Position numbers and translations under genes: made by a program. A model generated the notes under the pieces. That model worked only from the letters and a program-made list of their open reading frames with translations. It was not told the DNA's origin and did no database searches. Shown here in pieces: positions 1 to 14,235 of a stretch of DNA of 64,000 nt (its first letter is position 1; each line of letters begins with the position of its first letter). The DNA lies in assembly GCA_964016885.1 (NCBI GenBank), contig OZ024742.1, positions 220,162,001 to 220,226,000 on the forward strand. Reading direction: 5' to 3'. This stretch comes from Eledone cirrhosa. Lineage: Eukaryota.

Positions 1-259
1 AATAAATTAAAATAATTACAATCACTTCATGTTGCTGTTATACAAGAAATGAAGTAACAAGCTCAATACAGGACACATCAAATTCCAAATGTTCCATTAA
101 TGCGACTAAACTGACCAAGTCACTAAGGAGATCTTATGGCATACATGAAATCACACAACTATAATATAGCAGAATTGTAAGCACTCAAAATGAAAGCCAA
201 CAACATGTTAGACTTACTTAGACTTCAAAGCTCCCACATTTTAAAGACATATGAGGCAG

Positions 260-730
260 CCAAAGTGCTACAATGACCATGATCAGTTGCATCTATCTAA
301 ACATCATTCCAACTTTTGTTGATGGGCTTCAAGTCCCTGTTAATTGTCTGACACCAGTGCATCTTGGGACGTCCTCTTCACCTCTTTCTATAGGGGTACC
401 AATGCAGGACCTAATTAGCATGTCTCTCAGTTGGGAGGTGTGTCACATGTCCCAACCAGCCAAGTCAATGCTTGCATATGATGTTAAACACACACTGTTG
501 GTGCATTTGTTGACAGGCTTTTTTGTTAACTTAGTAATAAATAACTATCTACCATCACAACAACTAACTCTACAGGCTGCACATCTTACCTACTTCAGCA
601 TAACTCCCTCCCAAACAACATTGGAGGAGACTTCAATGCATTCATCACATTCTGGTACAAAACCAATTCAAGGTGAATACTTGTGTTTGAACTATGCTAC
701 ATGTCAGCAAGATGTGAGCCTTGAGTGAAT
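260..730 (-). mobile_element. Old degenerate RTE-type LINE 3' fragment
   Basis: Minus-strand translation of ~330-480 gives LGWLGHVTHLPTERHAN*VLHWYPYRKR*RGRPKMHWCQTINRDLK, the RTE C-terminal WxGHV...RGRP..W motif with stops. Confidence 0.7.
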
Positions 731-1580
731 AACATCAGCAGTAACTAAAATAAAATTAGGTATGTGTGCACTATTATGTATCTAATATTAGTGTACATGA
801 ATGACAAAACAAAAGTGAACTGAGAGAAAATCTGAGTGTAAGAGAAACAATTGTACTAGTATGGTTATGTGATGCATAAAAAGAGCAAAAATTGTATTTA
901 AAAAGTGCTGAGTACAGAACAATGGCAGAGGGAGAAAAGGGAGACACTGGACACAGTTGAGAAGAATAACCTCAAGAAACTAAACCACACAAGAGATGAC
1001 ATAGGATCTGTCATGATAATTTGGGGTATGCCATAATAATTTAATAAGCTTAAAAGGGTGAAAGATAATGTTGAGCTCAGTATGATTTGAACACTGAGTA
1101 TACAGAGTTGGAACAATTACCATGAGGTAATTCATTCGACGCAACTGCCAGATCACTGCCTTAGAAGGAATATCAATGAATAGTGCACACTGAAGTACGG
1201 ATCATTAACTTTCCACTCACATCAATAGTCTGCAGGGATGTCAATATTGAGGACACAGAATTATTTCAGATGCCCCACCAATTAAAAGTTGCTCCATGTC
1301 TTTGTTACCATCTGATTGTTGCAGTTATTTAGCCCAAGATCAGCCTCAATCTAGCAGACCTATATTCAAAGACATTCAAACTAGAACCATCTCATGTTTG
1401 TATACTCAACACTGACTTATCCAATGTATCCTGCCTATTTTTAAGATGAGAGAGTGATTTGGCTATCTTTTTCCTAATAGTTCCAGTGATCATAGAATGT
1501 TTTTCATCATTGGCTTCATCCTATCTGGTATTATCCATCTAAAGCACATCTAAAAATGACCAGAGACACATCTTATAGCC

Positions 1581-1780
1581 TGCCAGATGTATATCTGATA
1601 GATGCCAGATGTATATTTGATAAATGCCAGATGTATATTTGATAAATGCCAGAAGTACTTCTGATAAATGCCAGAAGTACTTCTTATAGATGTCAGAAGT
1701 ACTTCTGATAGATGCCAGAAGTACAGCTGGCAGATGACAAATGTCTGGTAAATGCCAGATGCCTGGTAACTGCAGAAGTA
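1581..1780. repeat. 22-bp minisatellite (tgccagatgtatatttgataaa / tgccagaagtacttctgataga), ~7 copies plus decayed units
   Basis: Tandem units read directly from the sequence. Confidence 0.9.
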
Positions 1781-1897
1781 TATTTGGTCCTAAAAGTTAA
1801 AGACAAGGAATAGTTTCTAAAATTGCCACACAGCCAAACACCAGCCTCTGCCATTCCTGTGATTGGAATGTGTGCCTATGTGTGGGTGTATTTAGAC

Positions 1898-2090
1898 ATG
1901 CATTAATGTGTTTATATTTTCCAGTGTAACTATATTTCTATTGTAATTCTGTTACCATTGTATTTACTGTTGTAATGTCCAAGTTGAATCAATCAATCAA
2001 TATATTGAACAGACATTACAACAATAAATATGGTGATAATACCATAATTACAATAGAAACATGATTACATTGGAAAATACATTAATACAT
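1898..2090. repeat. Imperfect inverted repeat, ~80-bp arms
   Basis: 1898-1979 is approximately the reverse complement of 2012-2090 (e.g. ttttccagtgtaac..tttctattgtaatt..tgttgtaatgtc vs gacattacaaca..aattacaatagaaa..attacattggaaaa). Confidence 0.75.
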
Positions 2091-2134
2091 GGGTAAGCAA
2101 ACACACACACAAACATTTATATATATATATATAT

Positions 2135-2752
2135 CATCATCATCACCGTTTTACGTCCGTTCTTCCACGCTAGCATGGGTTTGACGGGTTGTCCTGTTGT
2201 GGGCAGTGTCTGGTCGGCTGACCATGCCTTGCTCATACAGGAACTGATCTGGCTTGATTTCTACAGCTGGATGCCCTTCCTAACACCAACCTCATTTACA
2301 GTGAGTGCTGGGTGCTTTTTCATGGCGCCTACACGTCCACTTTACAGTGTGGGCTGGGTGCTTTTTTGCCATGGCACCTCCACGACCACCTTGCGGTGGG
2401 GGGTGTGGGGGCATATTGTCTATATGCTTCAGCTTGTACCCATGGGAGGTCGGGTACTCTGTATTACTGCGTGACGCCAGAAGTCACGGTCGTGTGTCAT
2501 TGTCTTTGAGAGGTGTAATTGGGTAAGGTCGGCTTTTATCACCTCATCCCAGGTCATCTTGGGTCTCCCCACTCCGCGGTTTCCATCAACTTCTAGTGCT
2601 CTGCACCTTTTTATGCAGCTGTCATCCTTCATACGCATCATATGTCCATACCAGCGCAACCGCCTCTCCTGCACACAGCATTTGATTCCTCTTATGCTCA
2701 GTCTCTCTCTCAATTCATTTATGCTTTGTCGTTCGTGTATATTACTGTTACA
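2135..2752 (-). mobile_element. RTE LINE 3' fragment (family A) with (ATG)n tail
   Basis: ORF 2429-2755 has [12 protein letters not shown]...GRPKMTW; (cat)n at 2135; same 3' UTR as 48645-48900. Confidence 0.9.
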
Positions 2753-2821
2753 CATATATATATATATAACTATATACGTTCACGTATATTACTGTTACAT
2801 ATATATATATATATATATAAC

Positions 2822-3014
2822 TAAGGAGTTGTGTTAAGGAACCAGATGGACCATAAGGCACCAGAGTACTCAATACTTAGGGTAGTAGAGTGAGTAAAAG
2901 GAAAAAGTATGACCCCGACGGCAGAGCTCAAGCCATTTCGACGGCTATTTCTGGACTACTAGAAATAGCCGTCGAAACGGTTTCAGCTCTGCCATCGGGG
3001 TCATACTTTTTCCT
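2822..3014. mobile_element. Small fold-back element (56-bp arms) carrying the 3' half of a hammerhead-like motif
   Basis: Arms 2899-2954 and 2959-3014 around a 4-nt loop. Each arm read outward gives GAAA-(c/t)gg(c/t)..gcc(g/a)-TC-gggg. Flanked by TA repeats. Confidence 0.7.
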
Positions 3015-3087
3015 ATATATATATATGTATATATCCATACATAAATCAATACATACATGTATGTGTGTGTATATATATCATTATGTA

Positions 3088-3420
3088 AAGGTGCACGGCT
3101 TAGTGGTTTGAGTGTTGGGCTTGCAATCATTGTTAGTTCGATTCCCAGACATGGTGATGCATTGTGTCCTTGAGCAAGAAACTTTATATCACCTTGCTCT
3201 AGTTTACTCAGCTTTAGAAATGAGTTGAGACACCACTGGTGCCAAGCTGTATCGGCCATTACCTTTCCTTTGGACAATATTAGTGGAGTGGAGAGAGGAG
3301 GCTGGTATGTATGAGTGTCAGCTGGTCTTCCACAAACAATCTTATCCAGACCTGGGCCTCAGAGAGGAACTTTCTAGGTGCAAATCTCATGATTATTCAT
3401 GAACGAAGGGGGTCTTTATA
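3088..3420 (+). mobile_element. tRNA-derived SINE (tail type 1)
   Basis: A box ggcttagtgg, B box gttcgattcc, central gtgtccttgagcaag..ttgctctagtttactcagc; homologous copy at 59290-59605. Confidence 0.85.
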
Positions 3421-3509
3421 TATCATCATCATCATCACCATTTAACATCCATTTTTCCATGCTTGCATGATTTAAATGAGTTTCCCATTGTGAGATAAGT
3501 AAAATTAGA

Positions 3510-3969
3510 TTACTATATATTCGCGTCACACACACTCCTCTCTTTCTTTATTTTACTCTCTCTCTCTCACTCCTCTCTTTCTATCTCCCTCTCACACATC
3601 CTTCTCTCTCTGGCCGTTATGGAAATTACACACACACACACACATGCATGCACACATACAAACACATACATATACACACGCACATACAATCCCATAACGT
3701 AGTGTTGTGGAAGGGGGAGAGTTAAGAAGTGTGTAAAAGGAACGCTCTCTCTCTTTATGGCCGTCATGGAATTTGTTAGTGCAAAAGTCTATAAGATTAT
3801 AAAATCGAAGTTTGTGACTTCGAAATTAATCATTATGAAATAATTTTTTCTTGATGTTACAAACCGTAGCCTATTTTGGCTATGTGTTTAATTTGACAGA
3901 GATCCATGGAATATTTTCCAAGTGAAACTCTTTTACACACACACACACAGAACGGGAATTATATATAAG

Positions 3970-3970
<1 letters not shown>
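3510..3970 (-). mobile_element. Possible non-autonomous Helitron-like element
   Basis: Minus strand begins tcttatatataattcccgttc(tg)n, resembling a Helitron 5' end followed by a microsatellite; no clear 3' CTAG end. Confidence 0.3.
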
Positions 3971-4011
<41 letters not shown>

Positions 4012-4012
4012 T

Positions 4013-4330
4013 ACATGGCTTAGTGGTTAGAGCATTGGCCTTGCAATCAAAAGGTTGTGAGTTCAATTCTCAGACCGGGTGATGTGTTGTTTCCTTTCAC
4101 ATTGCTCCAGTTTACTCAGATGTAGAAATGAGATGATAGGGACTGGGGTCCCTATCATTCCACTGCAAAGTGGTCGTGGAGGTGCCACGGCAAAAAAGCA
4201 CCCACTCACTGTAAATGAGGTTGGTGTTAGGAAGGGCATCCAGCTGTAGAAATCAAGCCAGAATCAGTTCCCGTCCCACCCTTGCAAGCAGGGAAAAGTG
4301 GACGTAAAATGATGATAAAAATGATGATGA
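4013..4330 (+). mobile_element. tRNA-derived SINE with RTE-derived 3' tail
   Basis: A/B-box head, then hairpin atgatagggac-tggg-gtccctatcat, then RTE 3' UTR sequence and (atg)n; same junction at 55983-56415. Confidence 0.85.
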
Positions 4331-4614
4331 TATATATATATATATATATGTGTGTGTCATCAAACGATGTACACACATGTATATTTTTTCAAATTCCAAT
4401 TGAGTTCTAGCACGTGGCCTGAATTCCTTTTAGAATTCATTGTCCTGCACATGTATTGTTTATTTGGTGGTAATCTACTTCCTCATTTTCGAATCAGTTT
4501 GAGTATTTCTTTAGAACTGCTAGAATAGCAACCTAGCAGATACCTCAAGCACTGATGGTGATTATCGCTAAATACTGATATTGATTTGATTATCAAGATT
4601 AGTATTATTGGGCA

Positions 4615-4741
4615 CCCACTGAAGAATTCTAAGAGCCCATTTGAATAAGTATCTGTTGATCTTATACAAGCTTCTACATAAATTGGTATAATTTCACCCA
4701 AATTGTAGCAATCTTATAATGAAACGAGACGTCCGTCTGGG
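4615..4741 (+). ncRNA. Type I hammerhead ribozyme with long stem II, in a probable PLE 3' remnant (~4356-4918)
   Basis: ccca-CTGAAGA-attctaaga...tcttataat-GAAA-cgagacgtccg-TC-tggg: canonical core, stem I ccca/tggg, near-palindromic stem III, GUC cleavage triplet. Confidence 0.7.
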
Positions 4742-4928
4742 AAGAGATATATTCGATATATCTGATGAAATAATACAGCCAATTTTCCACAAAATACAAT
4801 TAGTTAGCACTCCGAACGTTTAATTAGGAATATACTCACTTATTTCCTAATGTTTGTTGAGTGAGTTGGGATTTGGCCGGAGTGTCGCTAAAAGCTTTCT
4901 CCGATTATGTCTTTATTATATATATATA

Positions 4929-5750
4929 TCATCATCATCATCATCATCATTTTACGTCCGCTTTTCCCTGCTTGCAAGGGTGGGACGGGTCTTATTCAGC
5001 ACAGCATCTCTCCACTCGTCACGGTCCCTCGTCATCTCCACCGTGAGCTTCAATGATCTGAGGTCTGTTCTCACCACCTCCGCCCATGTTTTTCGTGGTC
5101 TACCTCTACTACGTCTTCCTTCAACTGGCATTTCCTGGCACTTCTTCACCCATCGGTCATCCTCCATGCGCATCACATGTCCATACCACCTCAGTCTCCT
5201 CTCCCGTACACTACATTCTATCCCTCTCAGACACAGTTTCTCTCTCAACACATTTATGCTGGGTCGTTCACGCACATTTACACTGCACATCCAACGGAGC
5301 ATGCTTGCCTCATTTCTCTCCAGCCGTCGCATATCTTCTGCGGTAGCTGCCCATGTCTCACTACCATGCAGCATCGCGCTCCTCACACAGGCATCATACA
5401 ACCGGCCTTTCGTACGCAGGGAGAAACCCTTCTTCGTCAACAGAGGAAGCAGCTCCCTAAACTTCTTCCAACCCGTCCTTATTCTAGATACTATGGCCTC
5501 GGAACACCCTCCTCCCATGCTAATCTGATCTCCTAGGTACCGGAAGCTATCCACCACTTCTATAGCGCCCTCTCGCATTTGAAAAATGTGTCTATCAGTG
5601 CGACTTCTACTGTCTAATTTCCCTGTACATCTACTGCATACATATTTCTCCCTACCTGTTAGTTTGCCTGCTATCCCGCTACATCTCTTGTGTACCCAGG
5701 ACCTACATTGTGTGCATTTTATAGAATTTATGCCAGTTCCTTTTCTGCAT
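4929..5750 (-). mobile_element. RTE LINE 3' fragment (family B) with PHD-like finger
   Basis: C-terminal part of ORF 4952-6133: [53 protein letters not shown]; (cat)n tail at 4929. Confidence 0.92.
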
Positions 5751-5844
5751 ATCGATATATGTATATATATATATATATATGTATATGTATATATATATAC
5801 ATATATATGTATATATATATACATATATACATACATATATATAC

Positions 5845-5879
<35 letters not shown>

Positions 5880-6009
5880 CATAAATATATATACATAAAT
5901 ATATATACATACATATATATACATAAATATATATACATACATATATATACATATATATATATACATACATATAGATATATATACATACATATAGATATAT
6001 ATACATACA

Positions 6010-6418
6010 TGGTGGCTGCCAACTCGTTTTCGAGTACGGCCACTACTTTATATCCATGTAGGAGAACCCCTACCGATGCGCTGAACGAGTGTGACTTTTT
6101 AGTCCAGCCAGCGACTTGAAAACTCTGGTACAAACACTACACTTGTGACAATTATTGACACAGTGCTGGGCCCATGGTACCATGTGACGACAAGTGCAGA
6201 GAGATCTCCAGATATAAAGCAATGCCTGTGCTGTGAAGCTTTTATAGTGAGCAAAGGCACTGCACAAAACCAGTCCCACTCTCTTAACCAAGATGATATT
6301 TACCAAAAAGAAGAACAATTCAACATCATTGGATACCATCAGGGTTGCAGGTGTTATATCAGAGTTTTCCTTCTCCTAGAATTCTGCCTTGACAAAGGCT
6401 AAGGGGTCATCTCTCCCA
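6010..6418 (-). mobile_element. LINE-like 3' fragment ending in a C2H2 finger and 3' stem-loop (copy 1)
   Basis: [25 protein letters not shown], 3' hairpin ctcg-aaaa-cgag, (atgt)-type tail; near-identical copy at 39567-39918. Confidence 0.75.
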
Positions 6419-6997
6419 TATACATACATATAGATATATATACATACATATATATACATAAATATACATATATATACATACATATATATACATAAATATA
6501 CATATATATACATACATATATATACATAAATATACATATATATACATACATATATATACATAAATATACATATATATACATACATATATATACATAAATA
6601 TACATATATATACATACATATATATACATAAATATACATATATATACATACATATATATACATAAATATACATATATATACATACATATACATACATACA
6701 TATATATACATACCTATATATACATACATATATATACATATATATACATACATATACATATATATACATACACATAAATATACATATATATACATACATA
6801 TACATACATAAATATACATATATATATACATACATACATACATATACATACATATATATACATACATACATATATATACATATACATACATATATATACA
6901 TATACATACATATATATACATAAATATATATACATACATATACATACATATATATACATACATATACATACATACATATACATAAATATACATATAC

Positions 6998-7054
<57 letters not shown>

Positions 7055-7067
7055 CATATATACATAT
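6419..7067. repeat. (TATACA/TACA)-type microsatellite
   Basis: Low-complexity A/T/C tract read directly. Confidence 0.95.
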
Positions 7068-7945
7068 ATTTCTCTCAGCCCGGTTGTTAAGTGGGGGTCT
7101 GAGGTTCTTAATAACAAGTGCTTCCTTTATCCTTAAGGATCCGATGCTGCGTTCAGTCGCTAGGACTGTGACCAAGGGTCTACCCTGTGGGTTTCCGCAT
7201 TTAAGGATGTGTTTACGGAAGGAAGATGCGTTGGTGTTGATATGTTCCTTGATACGAACATGTAGGGGTCGGATGGTGCTACCTATGTAAAACTTGTTAC
7301 ATTTATCGCATTGAATCTTATATACGACATAGGTGCGTAGGCAATCTGCCCCCCGTATCGGGCAGTTGCTGAGGGAACACGTCCCATCTGACTCGTCGGG
7401 TTTGTTGGAGAGGCATCTTTGCAGCGAAGGTCCTGTGTGGGCCAAATGTATGTCAAGTCCCTCCGTCCGTATGGCCCTGCGGATGGCGTTCGTGGTATAT
7501 TCACTCAGGTGGGGGATTTTAAAGAAGCACCTGCTATTATTTAATTTTCTAGTGGGTGTCTGTCTATTGGGTCTGGGGTCTCTAATTCCGTTAATCAGTC
7601 GCTTGGGATAACCATTAGATCTGAGTAGATTACGGAATTGCGTGGTATGGGTGAGACCACCCATCGGGTCGCTGCATCTGTTAGTGATCCGTGTCAGTTC
7701 ATTTAGGACATAGCCTCTCTTAGCGTTGTTGGGGAGGGCTGAGTTGTAATGCACAAATAAGTCCTTGCACGCTGCTTTGCGGTAGAAGGTGGTGTTTATG
7801 TCTCCTTCTTCCGAGATGTTGATACGGAAGTCGAGGAGGGCGAGTGACCCGTCTTCTCCTGGGTGTTCGATGGTGAAATCGACGTGATGGTCAGTATCGT
7901 TGAAGATTTGGTGAATTTCATTCGCCATCTCCCGGGAAGAAGTGC
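7068..7945 (-). mobile_element. Penelope-like element fragment: RT thumb plus GIY-YIG endonuclease
   Basis: DFTIE..SLALLDF..FYRK..SALP, Cys linker [41 protein letters not shown]; reading frame runs into the microsatellite without a stop. Confidence 0.92.
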
Positions 7946-8268
7946 TTTTGCCACAGCCTATCACGCGCACGCGCATTCTTTCCCTCGTTTAAATTTTAAA
8001 TAATTTTCTCCCCATAACGGCATTCCCGTCTTAACGACATCACAACTTTCTCTGCTTGGCCTGTTCCCCCCCTTTTGGAACTTTCCCCCGTTGATGGGCG
8101 TGAGCCCTAAATATTGGGATTAAATCTCCACTACGGTAACCCTCTACCTTTGTTTTGTTTTCATCTTTGTCTCTCTCAATTTTCACTTTCACCTGTTTTT
8201 CCTATCTATCTTTCACTTCCTACCTCGAGATTTCCCTCTGCATTGTTGTGGCTTTCTTAACTACGTAT
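7946..8268 (+). mobile_element. Probable PLE 3' UTR inverted relative to the adjacent ORF, with variant hammerhead-like fold at 8084-8119
   Basis: tccc-CCGTTGA-t-gggc gtga gccc-TAAA-ta-TT-ggga has minimal type I topology but substitutions in the core. Confidence 0.5.
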
Positions 8269-8374
8269 TTTATATATATATATATACATATATATACATA
8301 TATACATATATATACATATATATATATATACATATATATACATATATACATATATATATACATATATATATACA

Positions 8375-11360
8375 TTGTGACGGCTACGACGAAATCCATG
8401 GAGGCTATGGGTTTGGTACTAGAAATGAGGAAGGCTCCAGAATCCTGGAATTCTGTGATGCAAATAACCTAACTATCTGTAACACTAACTTCAAAAACCG
8501 TGACAATCACCTGATCACCTATAGATCCGGGGAACACACAAGCCAGGTAGATTATATCCTTACCAGAAGATGTGACAGAGTGTCTGTTGTAAACACTAAA
8601 TCCCTCCCCCATGAAGAATGCACCTCCCAACATAGACTGATAATTAGCGACCTCATAGTCAGGACGAGACGTACTCGACAGCAGAAGAGGACTATCCTCA
8701 GGAGAAAAATATGGAAGCTAAAGGACCCGACAGCCAGGAATAAATTTCAAAACATATTACTTGATGCTTTCGACAGTAAGGAAGAACATTTAGAGTCGGA
8801 CAATATAGAGGGAGAGTGGGAATTTCTGAAAGCAAACCTGCTGTTGGCGACAGACGAAGTCTGTGGCTGGAGCAGGCCTGTAGGCAGGAGGAGAGTAACA
8901 TGGTGGTGGAACAGTAAGGTGGAGGGGTCAATTAAGGCCAAAAAGCAGGCTTGGAAAGTATGGCGGGATGGGGGAAGTAGAGAAGACTATCAAGTGGCCA
9001 GGAGGGAAGCTAGGAGACAAGTGTACTTAGCAAGAAGGGAAGCTGAGGAAAGAAAGTTCAAGCATGTTCTACAACGCGATGACCAAAAACATGAGGTGTT
9101 CAGGATTGCTAGGCAATGCGTCAAGGAAAACCGTGATATTGTCGGGGAGAAGTGTGTACTAAACGACGATGGCACACTTGCCATCACTGACGCTGATAAG
9201 AAGGTAGCTTGGAAGTGTCACTATGAAAGGCTACTAAATGAGGAGAATAAATGGGAGAAAGACAGTCTCCCCCATATCGACCCAATAGAGGGACCAGCAG
9301 TGTTAGTCGAGGGGAGTATAATAAGTAAGGCAATCAAGGATATGAAGACGGGTAAGGCGGCTGGGCCTTCGGAAATAGTTGCTGAGATGCTGAAGGCATC
9401 TGGCACGGTGGGACACACCATGGTCACCCGCATAGTTAACCAAGTCGTACAGAATGGGGTTGTTCCGAAGGACTGGCATAGCAGCATCATCGTTAACTGT
9501 TATAAGGGTAAAGGAGACGCCCTAGATAGGAGTAACTATAGAGGCATTAAATTAATCGACCAGGTCATGAAGGTCACGGAAAAAGTAATAGCGCAACTAA
9601 TCAGAGAGAGAATTGACCTAGATGAAATGCAGTTCGGGTTTGTGTCAGGCAAAAGTACCACAGACGCTCTTTTCATAGTACGACAACTACAGGAGAAGTA
9701 CCTAGCTAAAGGTAAACCCCTCTACTTAGCTTTTGTCGACTTGGAGAAAGCCTTCGACAGAGTCCCCCGCTCCATTATCTGGTGGGCTCTTAGAAAACTA
9801 GGCGTTGACGAATGGCTTGTGAGGGCTATACAAGCCATGTATAAAGAAACAGTCAGCAAGGTTAGAATTAACAACGAATATAGTGAAGAGTTTAGCGTAA
9901 AAGTTGGCGTCCATCAGGGCTCTGTTCTCAGCCCCCTACTATTTATTATTGCCCTTCAGGCTATAACAGAGGAGTTCAAGACAGGCTGCCCATGGGAACT
10001 CCTATACGCAGACGACCTGACACTCATAGCGGAATCAATGGCTGAGCTAGAGAAGAAATTCCAAACATGGAAGCACGGCCTAGAGTCAAAAGGACTTAAA
10101 ATTAACCTGGCTAAGACCAAAGTACTAGTTTGTAGGAAAGAAAACAAGGCGGCGGTCCCTTCTGGGAAATGGTCGTGCTCGGTGTGTAGGAAAGGCGTAG
10201 GTAGAAACTCCATTTTATGTCCTAAATGCAAAGTATGGGTGCATAAAAGATGTAGTGGGATCACAGGTAAGCTAACTAAGAACATAGATTTTACATGTGG
10301 CCGGTGTTCTGGTGCAATAAGTAGCAGCAAGTGCCCACAAAATACTAGCTCTTTCAATTGCGCAGAGGGTTCTATAGAAATAGTGGACAGCTTCCGTTAC
10401 CTGGGCGATAAAATCAGCAGTGGGGGAGGGTGCTCTGAAAGTACTGTAGCTAGAGTCAGAACTGGTTGGAAAAAGTTCAGAGAGCTTATACCACTATTAG
10501 CTGCTAAAGGGTTCTCCCTAAAAATGAAAGGCAGGTTGTACGATGCCTGCATACGAACAGCAATGCTGCATGGCAGTGAGACCTGGGCATTGTGTGCAGA
10601 GGATATACGCAGACTAGAGAGGAACGAAGCTTGCATGCTCCGCTGGATGTGTAACAGTAATATACGTGAACGGCAAAGCATAAACGAACTAAGGAAAAAA
10701 TTAGAGATAAGAGGGATCAGATGTTGTTTACTCGAGAGAAGGCTACGTTGGTATGGACACGTGATGCGCATGAAAGTCGATAGCTGTATAACAAAGTGCA
10801 GGGCAATAAAGATAGACGGTAGTCACGGAATAGGCAGACCTAGAAAAACCTGGGACGAGCTGATAAACTCCGACATCACACACTTACACCTCTCCAAGAC
10901 AATGTCACTGGACCGAGACCTTTGGCGGTACTCAGTAACAGAGAAGACCCGCCTTACCTAAATATATAGTAAAACCTACTCCAGCCAGTAGGCATCTCTA
11001 ACAAAATACACCCCGTCCCACCACCACCACCCACCCCCCATCCACACCACCCTGTTCTATGTAAAGTTATGTTGGTGCCGCGCCATCGAGGCCGAGACAA
11101 ATGAGATCGTGTAGGTGTCACGACAAAAAAACACACAGCCCACGCTGTAATGTGGCCGTGTAGGCAACACGGTAAAATCCTCCCAGACCCACACTGTAAA
11201 TGTGGTTGGTGTTAGGAAGGGCATCCAACTGTAGAAAACCTGCCAGACAGTCCTATGCAAGCAAGACAATCACTCTTGCCTCAAGTGGGAATACCCCCGT
11301 CCAAACCCATGCAAGCGTTGAACACGGACGTTAAACGTTGATGATGATAATGATGATGAT
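8375..11360 (+). mobile_element. RTE LINE family C, 5'-truncated, with (ATG)n tail, inserted in microsatellite
   Basis: ORF plus ~380-nt 3' UTR ending in gatgatgataatgatgatgat; homologs at 34288-35825 and 41762-44436. Confidence 0.95.
8376..10961 (+). CDS. RTE LINE ORF (5'-truncated): APE C-terminus, RT, PHD finger
   Basis: Frame is open from 8376 (CDGYDEIHGGYGFGTRNEEG..QVDYIL), with FVDLEKAFD, GVHQGSVLSP, YADD, a C4HC3 finger and RLRWYGHV. Confidence 0.93.
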   Translation, partial: CDGYDEIHGGYGFGTRNEEGSRILEFCDANNLTICNTNFKNRDNHLITYRSGEHTSQVDYILTRRCDRVSVVNTKSLPHEECTSQHRLIISDLIVRTRRTRQQKRTILRRKIWKLKDPTARNKFQNILLDAFDSKEEHLESDNIEGEWEFLKANLLLATDEVCGWSRPVGRRRVTWWWNSKVEGSIKAKKQAWKVWRDGGSREDYQVARREARRQVYLARREAEERKFKHVLQRDDQKHEVFRIARQCVKENRDIVGEKCVLNDDGTLAITDADKKVAWKCHYERLLNEENKWEKDSLPHIDPIEGPAVLVEGSIISKAIKDMKTGKAAGPSEIVAEMLKASGTVGHTMVTRIVNQVVQNGVVPKDWHSSIIVNCYKGKGDALDRSNYRGIKLIDQVMKVTEKVIAQLIRERIDLDEMQFGFVSGKSTTDALFIVRQLQEKYLAKGKPLYLAFVDLEKAFDRVPRSIIWWALRKLGVDEWLVRAIQAMYKETVSKVRINNEYSEEFSVKVGVHQGSVLSPLLFIIALQAITEEFKTGCPWELLYADDLTLIAESMAELEKKFQTWKHGLESKGLKINLAKTKVLVCRKENKAAVPSGKWSCSVCRKGVGRNSILCPKCKVWVHKRCSGITGKLTKNIDFTCGRCSGAISSSKCPQNTSSFNCAEGSIEIVDSFRYLGDKISSGGGCSESTVARVRTGWKKFRELIPLLAAKGFSLKMKGRLYDACIRTAMLHGSETWALCAEDIRRLERNEACMLRWMCNSNIRERQSINELRKKLEIRGIRCCLLERRLRWYGHVMRMKVDSCITKCRAIKIDGSHGIGRPRKTWDELINSDITHLHLSKTMSLDRDLWRYSVTEKTRLT

Positions 11361-14235
<2,875 letters not shown>

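Noticed and set aside
3088-3160. tRNA genes at A/B-box motifs (also 4015, 50210, 55985, 59290)
   Set aside because: No clean cloverleaf, and each continues into shared SINE body sequence.
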